From Candidatus Dojkabacteria bacterium (GTDB taxonomy: Bacteria > Patescibacteriota > Dojkabacteria > SC72): 64,000 nt of DNA. Positions 44,587 through 54,057 of this stretch are shown piece after piece. Where the stretch lies: positions 428,820 to 492,819 of the forward strand of contig JBMNHB010000001.1 of NCBI GenBank assembly GCA_050950145.1. The letters run 5' to 3'. The first letter of the stretch is position 1, and each line of letters begins with the position of its first letter. A model generated the notes under the pieces. It was not told the DNA's origin, searched no databases, and saw only the letters and a program-made list of their open reading frames with translations. A program made the position numbers and the translations under genes.

Positions 44587-46164
44587 ATGGAAGTTCCGGA
44601 GTTTGAACAAGAAAAAAACACCCCTTACTATAAAGATGAAGAGATTCTAGCTTCCACTGAAAAGAATGTTGACCCTCAAAAGATATATTATAATATACTT
44701 TCTCAGATTTCAGAGAAGATAGATTCAATAGAAACTCACATTAAGAAAGTATCAGTATTTCCGAAGGATAAGGATGATAATGATAATACTGATTATAATT
44801 TGGAAGGTTTTAGAGATGATGAAGAAGTAGTTAGTATTGCTATTGAAAATAACGGTTATGCTTTAAAGTTTGCTTCTGAGAGAATAAGGAGTATAAAAAG
44901 AGTCGTAACAAAAGCAGTTGAAAACTATGGCTATGCTTTAAGATATGTTTCTAACAAACTAAAAGCTGATAAAGATACTGTCTTTGCTGCAGTTGAAAGT
45001 ATTGGTAAAGCATTAAAATTCGCCTCAGGAGAACTACAAGATGATAAAGATATTGTCTTAGCAGCAGTTAAAAAGGATGGTTTAGCTTTAGAATTTGCTT
45101 CAAAAGATTTCCATGACGATGAGGAAGTCGTTACTACTGCTATTAATAATAATGGTTATGCTTTAAAGTTTGCTTCAGAAAGATTAAGAAATAACAGAGA
45201 AATAGTTCTAAAGGCTGTTAGAAGTAATGGCTATGCTTTAAAGTTTGCTTCAGAAGAACTACAAAACGATAAATATGTTGTCCTAACAGCAGTTGAAAGA
45301 AATAATGAAGCTTTAAGATTTGCTTCAAAAGAATTACAAGCTGACAAAGATATTATCCTAGCTGCAGTTAAAAATGATGGCTTTGTTTTAGAATTTGCTT
45401 CAAAAGAATTACAAGCTGATAAAGATGTTGTTTTAATAGCAGTTAGAAATGATGGTTATGCTTTAAGATTTGCTTCAGAAGAACTACAAAACAATAGAAA
45501 TGTTGTCCTAACAACAGTTGGAAAGAATGGTTTAGCTTTAGAGTTTGCTTCAGAAGAACTACAAAATGACAAAGATGTTGTTCTGACAGCAGTTAAAAAT
45601 GATGGTTATGCACTATATTATGCTTCGGAAGAACTGCAAAATGACAAAGATGTTGTCCTTGTAGCAGTTGGAAAAGATGGTGAAGCTTTAGAGTTTGCTT
45701 CAAAGAGACTTCGTAATGATGAAGATGTAGTTATGAGAGCTATTGAGAATAACGGTAATGCTTTAAGATTTGCTTCAGAGAGATTGAGAAATAATAAAGA
45801 GATAACTCTAAAGGCTGTTAGAAAATATGGTCCTGTTTTAGCATATCTTTCCGAACAATTAAGAGATGATAAAGAGATTGTCATGGAAGCAATTAAAAGC
45901 TATGGCTATGTTCTACACTTTGCCTCAGAGCGACTAAGAAATAATAGAGAGATAGCTCTAAGTGCGGTTAAGAGGGATGCTAGAAACTTCAGAAATCTTT
46001 CAGCAGAGTTTAGAAATGACAGAGAATTAGCTATAATTGCAGTTAAAGGCGATGCAATGAATCTAGAATTTGTTTCGGATAAACTAAAACATGACAGGCT
46101 AATAGTCATAGCAGCAGTCAACAATAATGGTTATACATTAAAGTTTACTCCCACATTATTCTAA
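44587..46164 (+). CDS. Tandem-repeat protein with about 17 copies of a 25-aa (75-bp) repeat (DUF4116-like, as recalled).
   Basis: The unit ALxFASEELQNDKDVVLxAVKNDGY recurs from residue 85 or so to the C-terminus. The N-terminus is acidic and non-repetitive. Confidence 0.7.
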   Translation: MEVPEFEQEKNTPYYKDEEILASTEKNVDPQKIYYNILSQISEKIDSIETHIKKVSVFPKDKDDNDNTDYNLEGFRDDEEVVSIAIENNGYALKFASERIRSIKRVVTKAVENYGYALRYVSNKLKADKDTVFAAVESIGKALKFASGELQDDKDIVLAAVKKDGLALEFASKDFHDDEEVVTTAINNNGYALKFASERLRNNREIVLKAVRSNGYALKFASEELQNDKYVVLTAVERNNEALRFASKELQADKDIILAAVKNDGFVLEFASKELQADKDVVLIAVRNDGYALRFASEELQNNRNVVLTTVGKNGLALEFASEELQNDKDVVLTAVKNDGYALYYASEELQNDKDVVLVAVGKDGEALEFASKRLRNDEDVVMRAIENNGNALRFASERLRNNKEITLKAVRKYGPVLAYLSEQLRDDKEIVMEAIKSYGYVLHFASERLRNNREIALSAVKRDARNFRNLSAEFRNDRELAIIAVKGDAMNLEFVSDKLKHDRLIVIAAVNNNGYTLKFTPTLF

Positions 46165-46294
46165 AAATATCCAGAGAACTGAAAGATACTACAATTTTAC
46201 TAAGAATCTCATTAAAACTAATGAAGATAGAATTCACACAATTAGTAGTTAAGAACATATAGCTAAATCCACCAAATACATATATAATCAAGAT

Positions 46295-47524
46295 ATGAAA
46301 GTTAAAAAAGATTTAGAAATAATTGAAAGGATACTAAACAAAGGAGTAGAACAAATACTCCCTTCAAAAGAAGCTCTCAAAGAAAAGCTTCTCTCAGGTA
46401 AAAGATTAACAATATACCAAGGCTTTGATCCAACAGCACCAACTCTACACATTGGTCACACAGTTGGAATGAGAAAGCTAGAAGATTTTAGGAAACTAGG
46501 ACACAAAGTAATCTTCCTCATTGGTGACTTTACAGCAAGAATAGGGGACCCATCAGATAAAAAGGATGCAAGAGCATCTGCAAGAAAAGTGTTAACCAAA
46601 GAACAGATTGCAGACAATCTAAAAAACTATGTAGAACAAGCATCACACATCATTGATATAGACAACAAAGAGAATCCTGTTGAGATTAAGTACAACAGTG
46701 AATGGCTTGATAAATTAACCTTTGCAGAAATAATTGAATTAGCATCAGAATTCACAGTACAACAAATGCTAAAGAGAAGTATGTTCCAAGAAAGATTAAA
46801 AGAAGACAAACCAATATACCTAAACGAATTCCTCTATCCACTAATGCAAGGATATGACTCTGTCATGATGGAAGTTGATGTAGAGGTAGGTGGAAATGAC
46901 CAACTCTTTAATATGTTAGCAGGAAGAGACATGGTATTTAACCACTTAAACAAAGAAAAAATAGTCGTTGCAGGAAAACTCTTAGAAGCAGCAGGTGGAG
47001 AAAAAATGGGTAAATCTGAGGGTAATATGGTAAGACTAGACGATAGTGCAGAAGACATCTACGGAAAAATCATGTCTTTTGATGATGAAAAGATATTAAT
47101 CGGTTTTGAGATTCTTACAAACGCAACACTTCCTGAATACGAAGAATACAAAAAGAGATTAGAAAGTGGTGAAAACCCCATGATTCTTAAAAAAGAACTA
47201 GCATACAGAGTTACAAAAGAATTAAAAACAGAAGAGAAGGCAGAAAATGCACAAAAGGTTTTTGAATCTGTATTTCAAAAGAAAGATGTTGAAGGAGAAA
47301 TACCAACAATACAAATCAAAGAAAACAAACTACCTCTAAATGACTTACTTGTACAAATTGATTTTGCAAAAAGCAAAAGTGATGCAAAAAGATTAGTAGA
47401 ACAAGGAGCAGTAAAAATTAACGATGAGAAAAAGACTACCTACAACGAAGAGATAACTATCACAGACTCTCCTCTAACCCTTAAGGTAGGTAAGCATATT
47501 ACAAATATAACAATTCAAAAATAA
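46295..47524 (+). CDS. tyrS: Tyrosyl-tRNA synthetase with a C-terminal S4 domain.
   Basis: HIGH region PTAPTLHIGHTVG. KMSKS region KMGKSEGN. S4-like C-terminus. Confidence 0.9.
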   Translation: MKVKKDLEIIERILNKGVEQILPSKEALKEKLLSGKRLTIYQGFDPTAPTLHIGHTVGMRKLEDFRKLGHKVIFLIGDFTARIGDPSDKKDARASARKVLTKEQIADNLKNYVEQASHIIDIDNKENPVEIKYNSEWLDKLTFAEIIELASEFTVQQMLKRSMFQERLKEDKPIYLNEFLYPLMQGYDSVMMEVDVEVGGNDQLFNMLAGRDMVFNHLNKEKIVVAGKLLEAAGGEKMGKSEGNMVRLDDSAEDIYGKIMSFDDEKILIGFEILTNATLPEYEEYKKRLESGENPMILKKELAYRVTKELKTEEKAENAQKVFESVFQKKDVEGEIPTIQIKENKLPLNDLLVQIDFAKSKSDAKRLVEQGAVKINDEKKTTYNEEITITDSPLTLKVGKHITNITIQK

Positions 47525-48987
47525 TGGAAACAGAAGCACCAACAGGTGTACTAAAAAACAGGATATACTCCCTTGTACCTAAATCCTTCACTGGAGACTT
47601 AAAGAAAGCTATTGCTTACGCAGAAGAGAAATACAAGAACTCATACAGGTACAACAATGAACCGATGATTAATCACACACTCAGAATTGCCATATCACTT
47701 CTAGAAGAAGGGTTAGACCTAAACACTACATTTGCCACACTCTTCCATGAAATGACATTAGATGAAAAAACAAGAAAAGAAATTACTAAAGAGTTTGGAG
47801 TAGATGTATTAAATATACTTGATGGTATTACAAAGATTAGAAGGGGAACTAATAGTGAAGATACAAATCCTGAGATAATCATTAAATATATCTTAAACAG
47901 TTCAAAAGACCTCAGACCAGTCTACCTAAAAATATATGACACCTTACACGATGTCCTTTCATTTGATGAAATCCCCGAAAACGAGAAAAAAAGTAAGCTT
48001 TACAAAGCAATTAACATATATGCAAAACTTGCAGAATACCTTCATTTAGAAAAACTAAGAGCTCAACTAGAAGAAATATCATTTAAGTATTATCTACCTC
48101 TTGAATATCAAAGTATTACAAACAAGATGGGCATATTAGGTATATCCCCTGAGTTACAAAAGAGATATGAGGAAGTTATTAAAGAGTGCATAAAGGAATC
48201 CAAGGTAAAACCAGAGATACAGGGTAGAATTAAAAATAAGTACAGTATTTACAAGAAGTTAAAGAAATATGAAAAGGAATGGATTGATCCAAATATTAGA
48301 AGATTAGATGATTTAATTGCTTTTAGAATTATGGCTTCCAATGAAGACTCTTGCTATCTAGTCATTGAGAAACTAATGGATAAAGGAGAGATAAATGAAG
48401 AGAGATATGATGACTACATATCCAATCCAAAACCAAATGGATACAGGGCTGTACAATTTCCAATTAGATTCCCTGAGATTTCGGATATGTTTGTAGAAAT
48501 ACAGATTCTTACAGAAGAGATGTATTACGAAAATACTTTTGGTAAAGCCTCCCACATTGCATACAAAGCTAGTAAATCTAGATTTGCTAAACCTACTAAC
48601 AAATACGATTGGGTTAAAGATATACAAGATGAGATTACTCAAAGCAGAAAAGAGACAAGAACTACAAAGAGTTACCCAATTAAATGTAACATCTTTGAAG
48701 ATGAGGTTTTTCCTTTTACTCCTAAAGGTAAAATTATTCCATTAAACAAAGGAGATACTGTCTTAGATTTTGCTTTCAAGTTACATACTGATATTGGAAA
48801 TAGTATGGAATCAGCAAAGGTTAATGGTAAACCTGCAAAGTTAGGACAAGAGTTAGAAACAGGAGATGTAGTTGAGATAAGGGTGGATAAAAACAAGACA
48901 CATCAGAAAGATGCAACTTTGGAATATGCCAATTCTCCTACAACTAAGAACAAAATTAGAAAGAATTTGAAAATAGGGGTTAAATAA
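47524..48987 (+). CDS. RelA/SpoT-homolog (p)ppGpp synthetase (HD-like domain, Rel synthetase domain, TGS). No ACT domain. The HD motif is degenerate (HE).
   Basis: HTLRIAISLLEEG...LFHEMTLDE (HD-domain position reads His-Glu). Synthetase motif GRIKNKYSIYKKL...DLIAFRIM. TGS region FPFTPKGKIIPLNKGDTVLDFAFKLHTDIGN. Confidence 0.75.
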   Translation: METEAPTGVLKNRIYSLVPKSFTGDLKKAIAYAEEKYKNSYRYNNEPMINHTLRIAISLLEEGLDLNTTFATLFHEMTLDEKTRKEITKEFGVDVLNILDGITKIRRGTNSEDTNPEIIIKYILNSSKDLRPVYLKIYDTLHDVLSFDEIPENEKKSKLYKAINIYAKLAEYLHLEKLRAQLEEISFKYYLPLEYQSITNKMGILGISPELQKRYEEVIKECIKESKVKPEIQGRIKNKYSIYKKLKKYEKEWIDPNIRRLDDLIAFRIMASNEDSCYLVIEKLMDKGEINEERYDDYISNPKPNGYRAVQFPIRFPEISDMFVEIQILTEEMYYENTFGKASHIAYKASKSRFAKPTNKYDWVKDIQDEITQSRKETRTTKSYPIKCNIFEDEVFPFTPKGKIIPLNKGDTVLDFAFKLHTDIGNSMESAKVNGKPAKLGQELETGDVVEIRVDKNKTHQKDATLEYANSPTTKNKIRKNLKIGVK

Positions 48988-48996
48988 AGAAATAGA

Positions 48997-49052
48997 AGGG
49001 TTGTGTGATTTTCAATACTAATGTAGAGAAGATCCACACAACCCTTTCTTTT
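48997..49052. terminator. Bidirectional intrinsic terminator between the convergent Rel-homolog and SPFH genes.
   Basis: AGGGTTGTGTG (48997..49007) pairs with CACACAACCCT (49035..49045). T-runs follow on both strands. Confidence 0.45.
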
Positions 49053-49071
49053 AACTTACTTCAAATCAATT

Positions 49072-50289
49072 TCACTGAGGGGATATTAAAATCCCACCAT
49101 TAACACCACTAAATTGTGGCAAAACACCATTCCATTGCATTAACTTAATATACTCTATTAAGTTTGGAGTCAATCCAATTGCAATGAGTTCATTTGCCTG
49201 TGCTCTCGCTTTTGCTTCCTGCGCAATTCTATACGCTTCTGCATCAGCACGAACCCTGACTTCTTCGGCTTGCTGCCTCGCAGTATAAAGTGCAGCATCA
49301 GCAATAGCCTCTTGCTCTGCACGTGTAGCAGCAGCTCTAGCCTCTGCTTGACTAATTGCTACTCTTTTTTGACCATCAGCCTCTACAACTGCTTGCTCAG
49401 CAAGAGCCTTCTCAACATCAATATATTTCTCAGCAACTAAAGCCGTCTGCGCAGCCACCATTTCTTCATTAAGCTGAATTTCATAATCCCCCTTAATGCC
49501 AAGAGTTGGCTTTCTAAAACCAAAGAAGACTAACTCTAAACCTGCCTCTTGCATTTTGGAGCTTAATTCTTCCTCAACAGTTGCATCAACATTATCTACC
49601 TCAAGATAGATTTGTTTTGCAGTGAAGTCTTTTAACTTCTGCCGCACAATAATTCTAGTTGTGGCCTGTACTGCTTTCTCTACAGCCTCATCAAGAGAAC
49701 CAAAATTTTCGTAAATATGAATTACCTTTTCAGGAATGATTTGCCCAATAACGGTATAAGTTACAGAAACTTGGACATTGTCCAATGTAACTAACGATGC
49801 TGGGTGTTCTATATAGTCATCAGTAGCTGTTTCCATGTAACTCTCAATCATAGTTGAATACGTCCACTGTTTTTTACTAAAAACAACGACTCTATCAACA
49901 TATGGAATAAGAACACGCAAGCCAGGATTACCAATCTCTATCGCCTTACCCAATCTAGTTACCACACCGACTTCTGTTTGATCAATAGTGACAAACCCAC
50001 CAATGACAAACTGAAGTGTAATAAAGAGAATAGGAAGAAGTACAGCAACCAATATCCTAATTTTCTTATATTTCTCTTTTTCCAAATCGGTGTCTCTCAT
50101 ATCAGGACCAAATCTCCAAAACAATACCCATCCGATGCCAATAAAGACAACTAGCGTTACCAGAAACCATATTGGATGGCTTCCTAGAGTTCTAGTTCTA
50201 TCCACTTCACCAACGGAACTACATCCGCTCAAGAGTAATGAGAGAACTAAAACAGATAGCACAAAAATCAGAGAAATTTTCCTTTTCAT
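49072..50289 (-). CDS. SPFH/band-7 (stomatin/HflK-like) lipoprotein with an Ala/Glu-rich coiled-coil C-terminus.
   Basis: Lipobox LLLSGCSS. The SPFH core reads QTEVGVVTRLGKAIEIGNPGLRVLIPYVDRVVVF. The C-terminus has an AEARAAATRAEQEAIADAA-type repeat. Confidence 0.8.
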   Translation of the reverse strand: MKRKISLIFVLSVLVLSLLLSGCSSVGEVDRTRTLGSHPIWFLVTLVVFIGIGWVLFWRFGPDMRDTDLEKEKYKKIRILVAVLLPILFITLQFVIGGFVTIDQTEVGVVTRLGKAIEIGNPGLRVLIPYVDRVVVFSKKQWTYSTMIESYMETATDDYIEHPASLVTLDNVQVSVTYTVIGQIIPEKVIHIYENFGSLDEAVEKAVQATTRIIVRQKLKDFTAKQIYLEVDNVDATVEEELSSKMQEAGLELVFFGFRKPTLGIKGDYEIQLNEEMVAAQTALVAEKYIDVEKALAEQAVVEADGQKRVAISQAEARAAATRAEQEAIADAALYTARQQAEEVRVRADAEAYRIAQEAKARAQANELIAIGLTPNLIEYIKLMQWNGVLPQFSGVNGGILISPQ

Positions 50290-50583
50290 TATCCTTTCCT
50301 TTCATTAATGAATTCCAACTAAAATGTTTTTGAAGTAAGTTGTTCAAGATCATCAATTTCATTGAATTGACAGATAAATTATACCACAAAAGACCTATAG
50401 TGTCAATGTTTCTACATAGCCTTATTTCCAAAATTATTCAAAAAGAGATAGAATAGAATATGGCAAAAATAAAGAAAAAAACAAAAAAGAATGTAAGAAC
50501 TATCTTAAACATAATATTAATAGTCGTTATGCTTGCTGGTATTCTACTACCAATGATTTTGGTTCTTACAACTCTCTAAAAAG

Positions 50584-52587
50584 ATGTTAACTAAGAACAC
50601 ACCAATATCAGAATTAAAAGGCATTGGACCTAGGTCCTTACCTCTGTATGAAAACTTAGGAATATACACTGTTAAAGATCTTCTCTTTCACATACCTTTC
50701 AGATATCAAGACACATCTGAAATTATCTCAATCAAAGAATTCAAAGAGAGAGGAGAAGGAACATTTCTTGCAGAGATTGAAGATGTAAAAACCACATACT
50801 TTAGGAAAAAGATAACAACTGTAAAAGTAAAAGATGATACAGGAACCCTTAGACTTGTCTACTTCAACCAAGCATATCTTTCTAAAACATTAAAAAAAGG
50901 AGACATATATCTCTTTGATGCTAAGATTACAGAAAAAAATGGTAGAAAGAATATTTACAATCCTAAATTTGAACAATTCAAAGAAAAGAAAGAAGATCAG
51001 TTACATGTTGGAAAAATAGTAGGAGTGTATCCAGAAACAAAAGGATTAACATCTGCAATGCTAAGACGAAAGATTGCAGACTTTCAAGATGATATACCAG
51101 AGATACTAGATGACCCTTTAGAGGGATATATTAAAAAAAGCAACCTGAAGTTGCCCTTCATTTCTAAAGCTATTGAAAAAATCCACTTCCCAAAAAGCCA
51201 AGGAGATATTGAAAAAGCACAAGAAAGATTATCTTTTGACGAAATGTTAAGAATTGCAATTAAGATTGAGAAAGAAAGAGCTAATACAAAAAAAGAAAAA
51301 GCACATGATATCCCTTTAGACAGTAAAACTGTAAATACCTTTATCAAATCACTCCCTTACAAATTAACAGATGATCAAAACAAAGCAATTCAAGAGATTC
51401 TAGAAGATTGTAATAGTAAAAAGCCAATGAACAGACTTCTAAATGGTGATGTAGGAAGTGGAAAAACAATTGTAGCAGCAGTAGCAATATTAAATTGTAT
51501 TAAAAATGGATTCTCTTCAATTCTTCTAGCCCCAACAACTGTACTTGCTAAACAACATTTTGAAACATTTAGTAAACTTTTTAAAGATTTAAATATTGAC
51601 ATTGAACTCTGTATCTCAACAGAAAAGAACATATCGGATGCAGATAACAAGTTAATAATCGGTACACATGCAATTCTATATGATATGACTCTTCCTAAAG
51701 ATTTGAACCTTGTGATAATTGATGAACAACATAGATTTGGAGTAGAACAGAGAGAATACTTCAGAGAGAAAGGAAAATATTCTCCCCATTATCTTACTAT
51801 GACTGCAACACCAATTCCTCGTAGCTTAACAGAAATCTTCTTTGGTGGACTAGATGTATCCGAAATTAGAGAAAAACCAAAAGGAAGAATTGAAGTTAAA
51901 ACATATTTTACCCCTGCTAAAAAGAGACTAGAGTGTTTTGAGTGGATTAAGGAGAAGATAGTTGCAAGCAAAAGACAGGATCAGGCCTTTGTCATATATC
52001 CACTCATAGAAGAAACTGAAAAATCTACAAGGAAATCCATTCTAAATGAATATGAGACATTAACAGAGATTTTCAAGGGATTAACTGTGAAGTATCTACA
52101 TGGGAAATTAAAAGAGAAAGAGAAGAATAAGCTACTTGAAGAGTTTAGAGATAAAAAGATAGATGTATTAATCTCTACAACTGTAATTGAGGTTGGAATT
52201 GATATCCCAGATGCAACAATTATGGTAATTGAAGATGCAGAAAGATTTGGTCTTGCACAATTACATCAATTAAGGGGAAGGGTGGGCAGAAGTGATAAAG
52301 AATCATATTGTTTTGTAATACCAAGCACTTCTGTTGAAAGAAAATCTCCAGCAGAGGAAAGATTGTTGTATTTTGCAAGACATAGTTCAGGGTTTGAAGT
52401 TGCAGAGTTTGATTTACAAAGTAGAGGACCTGGAGAAGTATATGGTGTAAGACAATCAGGTATTCCAATTTTTAAGGTTGCAAGTATCTATGATACAGAA
52501 CTTCTTAAGAAAGCAAGATTGTTTGCGAAAAAGTTAATAAAAGAAGATAATGACTTGGAATATATTTTAGATAATCTTTTTAGATAA
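50584..52587 (+). CDS. recG: ATP-dependent DNA helicase RecG.
   Basis: A wedge/OB N-terminal region. Helicase motifs GDVGSGKT, DEQHRFGV and QLRGRVGR. Confidence 0.9.
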   Translation: MLTKNTPISELKGIGPRSLPLYENLGIYTVKDLLFHIPFRYQDTSEIISIKEFKERGEGTFLAEIEDVKTTYFRKKITTVKVKDDTGTLRLVYFNQAYLSKTLKKGDIYLFDAKITEKNGRKNIYNPKFEQFKEKKEDQLHVGKIVGVYPETKGLTSAMLRRKIADFQDDIPEILDDPLEGYIKKSNLKLPFISKAIEKIHFPKSQGDIEKAQERLSFDEMLRIAIKIEKERANTKKEKAHDIPLDSKTVNTFIKSLPYKLTDDQNKAIQEILEDCNSKKPMNRLLNGDVGSGKTIVAAVAILNCIKNGFSSILLAPTTVLAKQHFETFSKLFKDLNIDIELCISTEKNISDADNKLIIGTHAILYDMTLPKDLNLVIIDEQHRFGVEQREYFREKGKYSPHYLTMTATPIPRSLTEIFFGGLDVSEIREKPKGRIEVKTYFTPAKKRLECFEWIKEKIVASKRQDQAFVIYPLIEETEKSTRKSILNEYETLTEIFKGLTVKYLHGKLKEKEKNKLLEEFRDKKIDVLISTTVIEVGIDIPDATIMVIEDAERFGLAQLHQLRGRVGRSDKESYCFVIPSTSVERKSPAEERLLYFARHSSGFEVAEFDLQSRGPGEVYGVRQSGIPIFKVASIYDTELLKKARLFAKKLIKEDNDLEYILDNLFR

Positions 52588-53036
52588 TGGAGATACATAT
52601 TGTACTTGATAATATTCGTTCTGTTTTTAATGTTGGTAGTATTTTTAGATCTGCTGATGGAGCAGGGAGTGTTAAAAAGATATATCTTTGTGGTATGACA
52701 GCAGATATTGACAATCCTAAACTAGAGAAGACTGCACTTGGTGCAATAGATATGGTTCCTTCTCAACATTATGATACTACACAAGAGGCTTTGGAAGAGA
52801 TTAGAGCACAGAATATTCCAATATATTCAGTAGAGTTAACAGATGATGCAGAGGATTTTCAAAAGGTAAAGTATCCTAAGAAACTAGCATTGGTATTTGG
52901 TCATGAGAAGATGGGAGTAGGCGAAGATATTTTAAAAGATTCAGACAAAAAAATTTTTGTTCCTATGAGAGGTAAGAAAGAGTCCTTAAATGTCGCTAAC
53001 TGTGCAACTACTGTTTTGTATGAGATAACCAAATAA
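52587..53036 (+). CDS. SpoU/TrmL-family RNA 2'-O-methyltransferase.
   Basis: 149 aa SPOUT fold: HIVLDNIRSVFNVGSIFRSADGAG ... LVFGHEKMGV ... SLNVANCATTVLYEI. Confidence 0.8.
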   Translation: MEIHIVLDNIRSVFNVGSIFRSADGAGSVKKIYLCGMTADIDNPKLEKTALGAIDMVPSQHYDTTQEALEEIRAQNIPIYSVELTDDAEDFQKVKYPKKLALVFGHEKMGVGEDILKDSDKKIFVPMRGKKESLNVANCATTVLYEITK

Positions 53037-53057
53037 CAGACCTGATATAATAGACAT

Positions 53058-53801
53058 ATGAGTTTAAAACACGATTCATTTAAAAAAATAAGAAAAGAGA
53101 AAAACAAATGGAGATTAGATACCCCTGAGGATTTCATAGAGATGGAAGATGCATTTCTTAAAGAAAGACTTATGAGTAAAGAACCTACCATTACAACTAC
53201 TGTTAGAATTACAGGCGGTAAAGCTAGAAACTTTACTCTTGAAGTACCTAAAGCTACAAGACCAATGACAGATAGAATGAAAGTTAGAGTCTTTGATATT
53301 CTCAGAGAAGATATTGTAAATAAAGACATTCTCGATCTCTACGCAGGAGCTGGTTCTTTTGGATTAGAAGCTCTCTCAAGAGGAGCAAAGAGTGCAACAT
53401 TTGTAGATGCATCAAAAAATGCAAATATTGTTCTTAAAAAGAATGTTGCACATACTGGTTTTCTTGTTGAATCTGAGATTGTCAAAGAAAAGGTTGAGGA
53501 ATATCTTTTTAGAATGACAAACAAAGAGAAAGAGGAGTTTCAAACCTTTGACATTATCTTCATGGACCCTCCATACAAACTTTTTAATACCAAGAAAACA
53601 TTTAAGATGGAACAAATTATCAACATGGCTTCTGAACTACTACCTGGAGTACGAAATCCACAGATAAAGAAATGGAAAGGAGCATTAATACTTAAACATC
53701 CTAAAAGGTATGATTTAGAGAAGATTGATATTAAACATTTAAGATTAGTTGAGAGTATTAATCTTGGTTTGAATGTAATTTCTTTCTTTATTGTTAAATA
53801 A
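53058..53801 (+). CDS. rsmD: 16S rRNA m2G966 methyltransferase RsmD family. It has an N-terminal extension, so the true start may be internal at about 53172.
   Basis: ITGGKARNF...TRPMTDRMKVRVFDIL...LDLYAGAGSFGLEALSRGA...FMDPPY. Confidence 0.75.
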   Translation: MSLKHDSFKKIRKEKNKWRLDTPEDFIEMEDAFLKERLMSKEPTITTTVRITGGKARNFTLEVPKATRPMTDRMKVRVFDILREDIVNKDILDLYAGAGSFGLEALSRGAKSATFVDASKNANIVLKKNVAHTGFLVESEIVKEKVEEYLFRMTNKEKEEFQTFDIIFMDPPYKLFNTKKTFKMEQIINMASELLPGVRNPQIKKWKGALILKHPKRYDLEKIDIKHLRLVESINLGLNVISFFIVK

Positions 53802-54057
53802 AGAAGTAAAATAGCTTCCCCATAGTAAGATTAAAAAACCTTAAATTTGACCTTTTAATCCTCTACCGATAAGGATAAATCTACAGACCAGGTCTGTAAT
53901 CTAGTTGCAAAATTGAGATTAAAAATATAAAATACATCTGTGTACAAAATATACGGTATAAACAAATCAAAACTAAACAGAATAGTTTTTACAACACACA
54001 ACTTTTAATGTGTGTTATTTCCAATCCACACATATTTCTTAATTAATATTTTTATTT

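Noticed and set aside
50460-50579. 39-aa ORF (MAKIKKKTKKNVRTILNIILIVVMLAGILLPMILVLTTL) between the SPFH gene and recG.
   Set aside because: Plausible small membrane protein, but it is very short, has a weak RBS and there is no way to test conservation here. Not promoted to a feature.
53802-54057. 256-bp thrS leader with an ACACACA/TGTGTGT hairpin, considered as a T-box or other attenuator.
   Set aside because: No T-box specifier-loop or antiterminator consensus is recognisable. A single short hairpin without a T-run is insufficient. Noted only as an unusually long leader.
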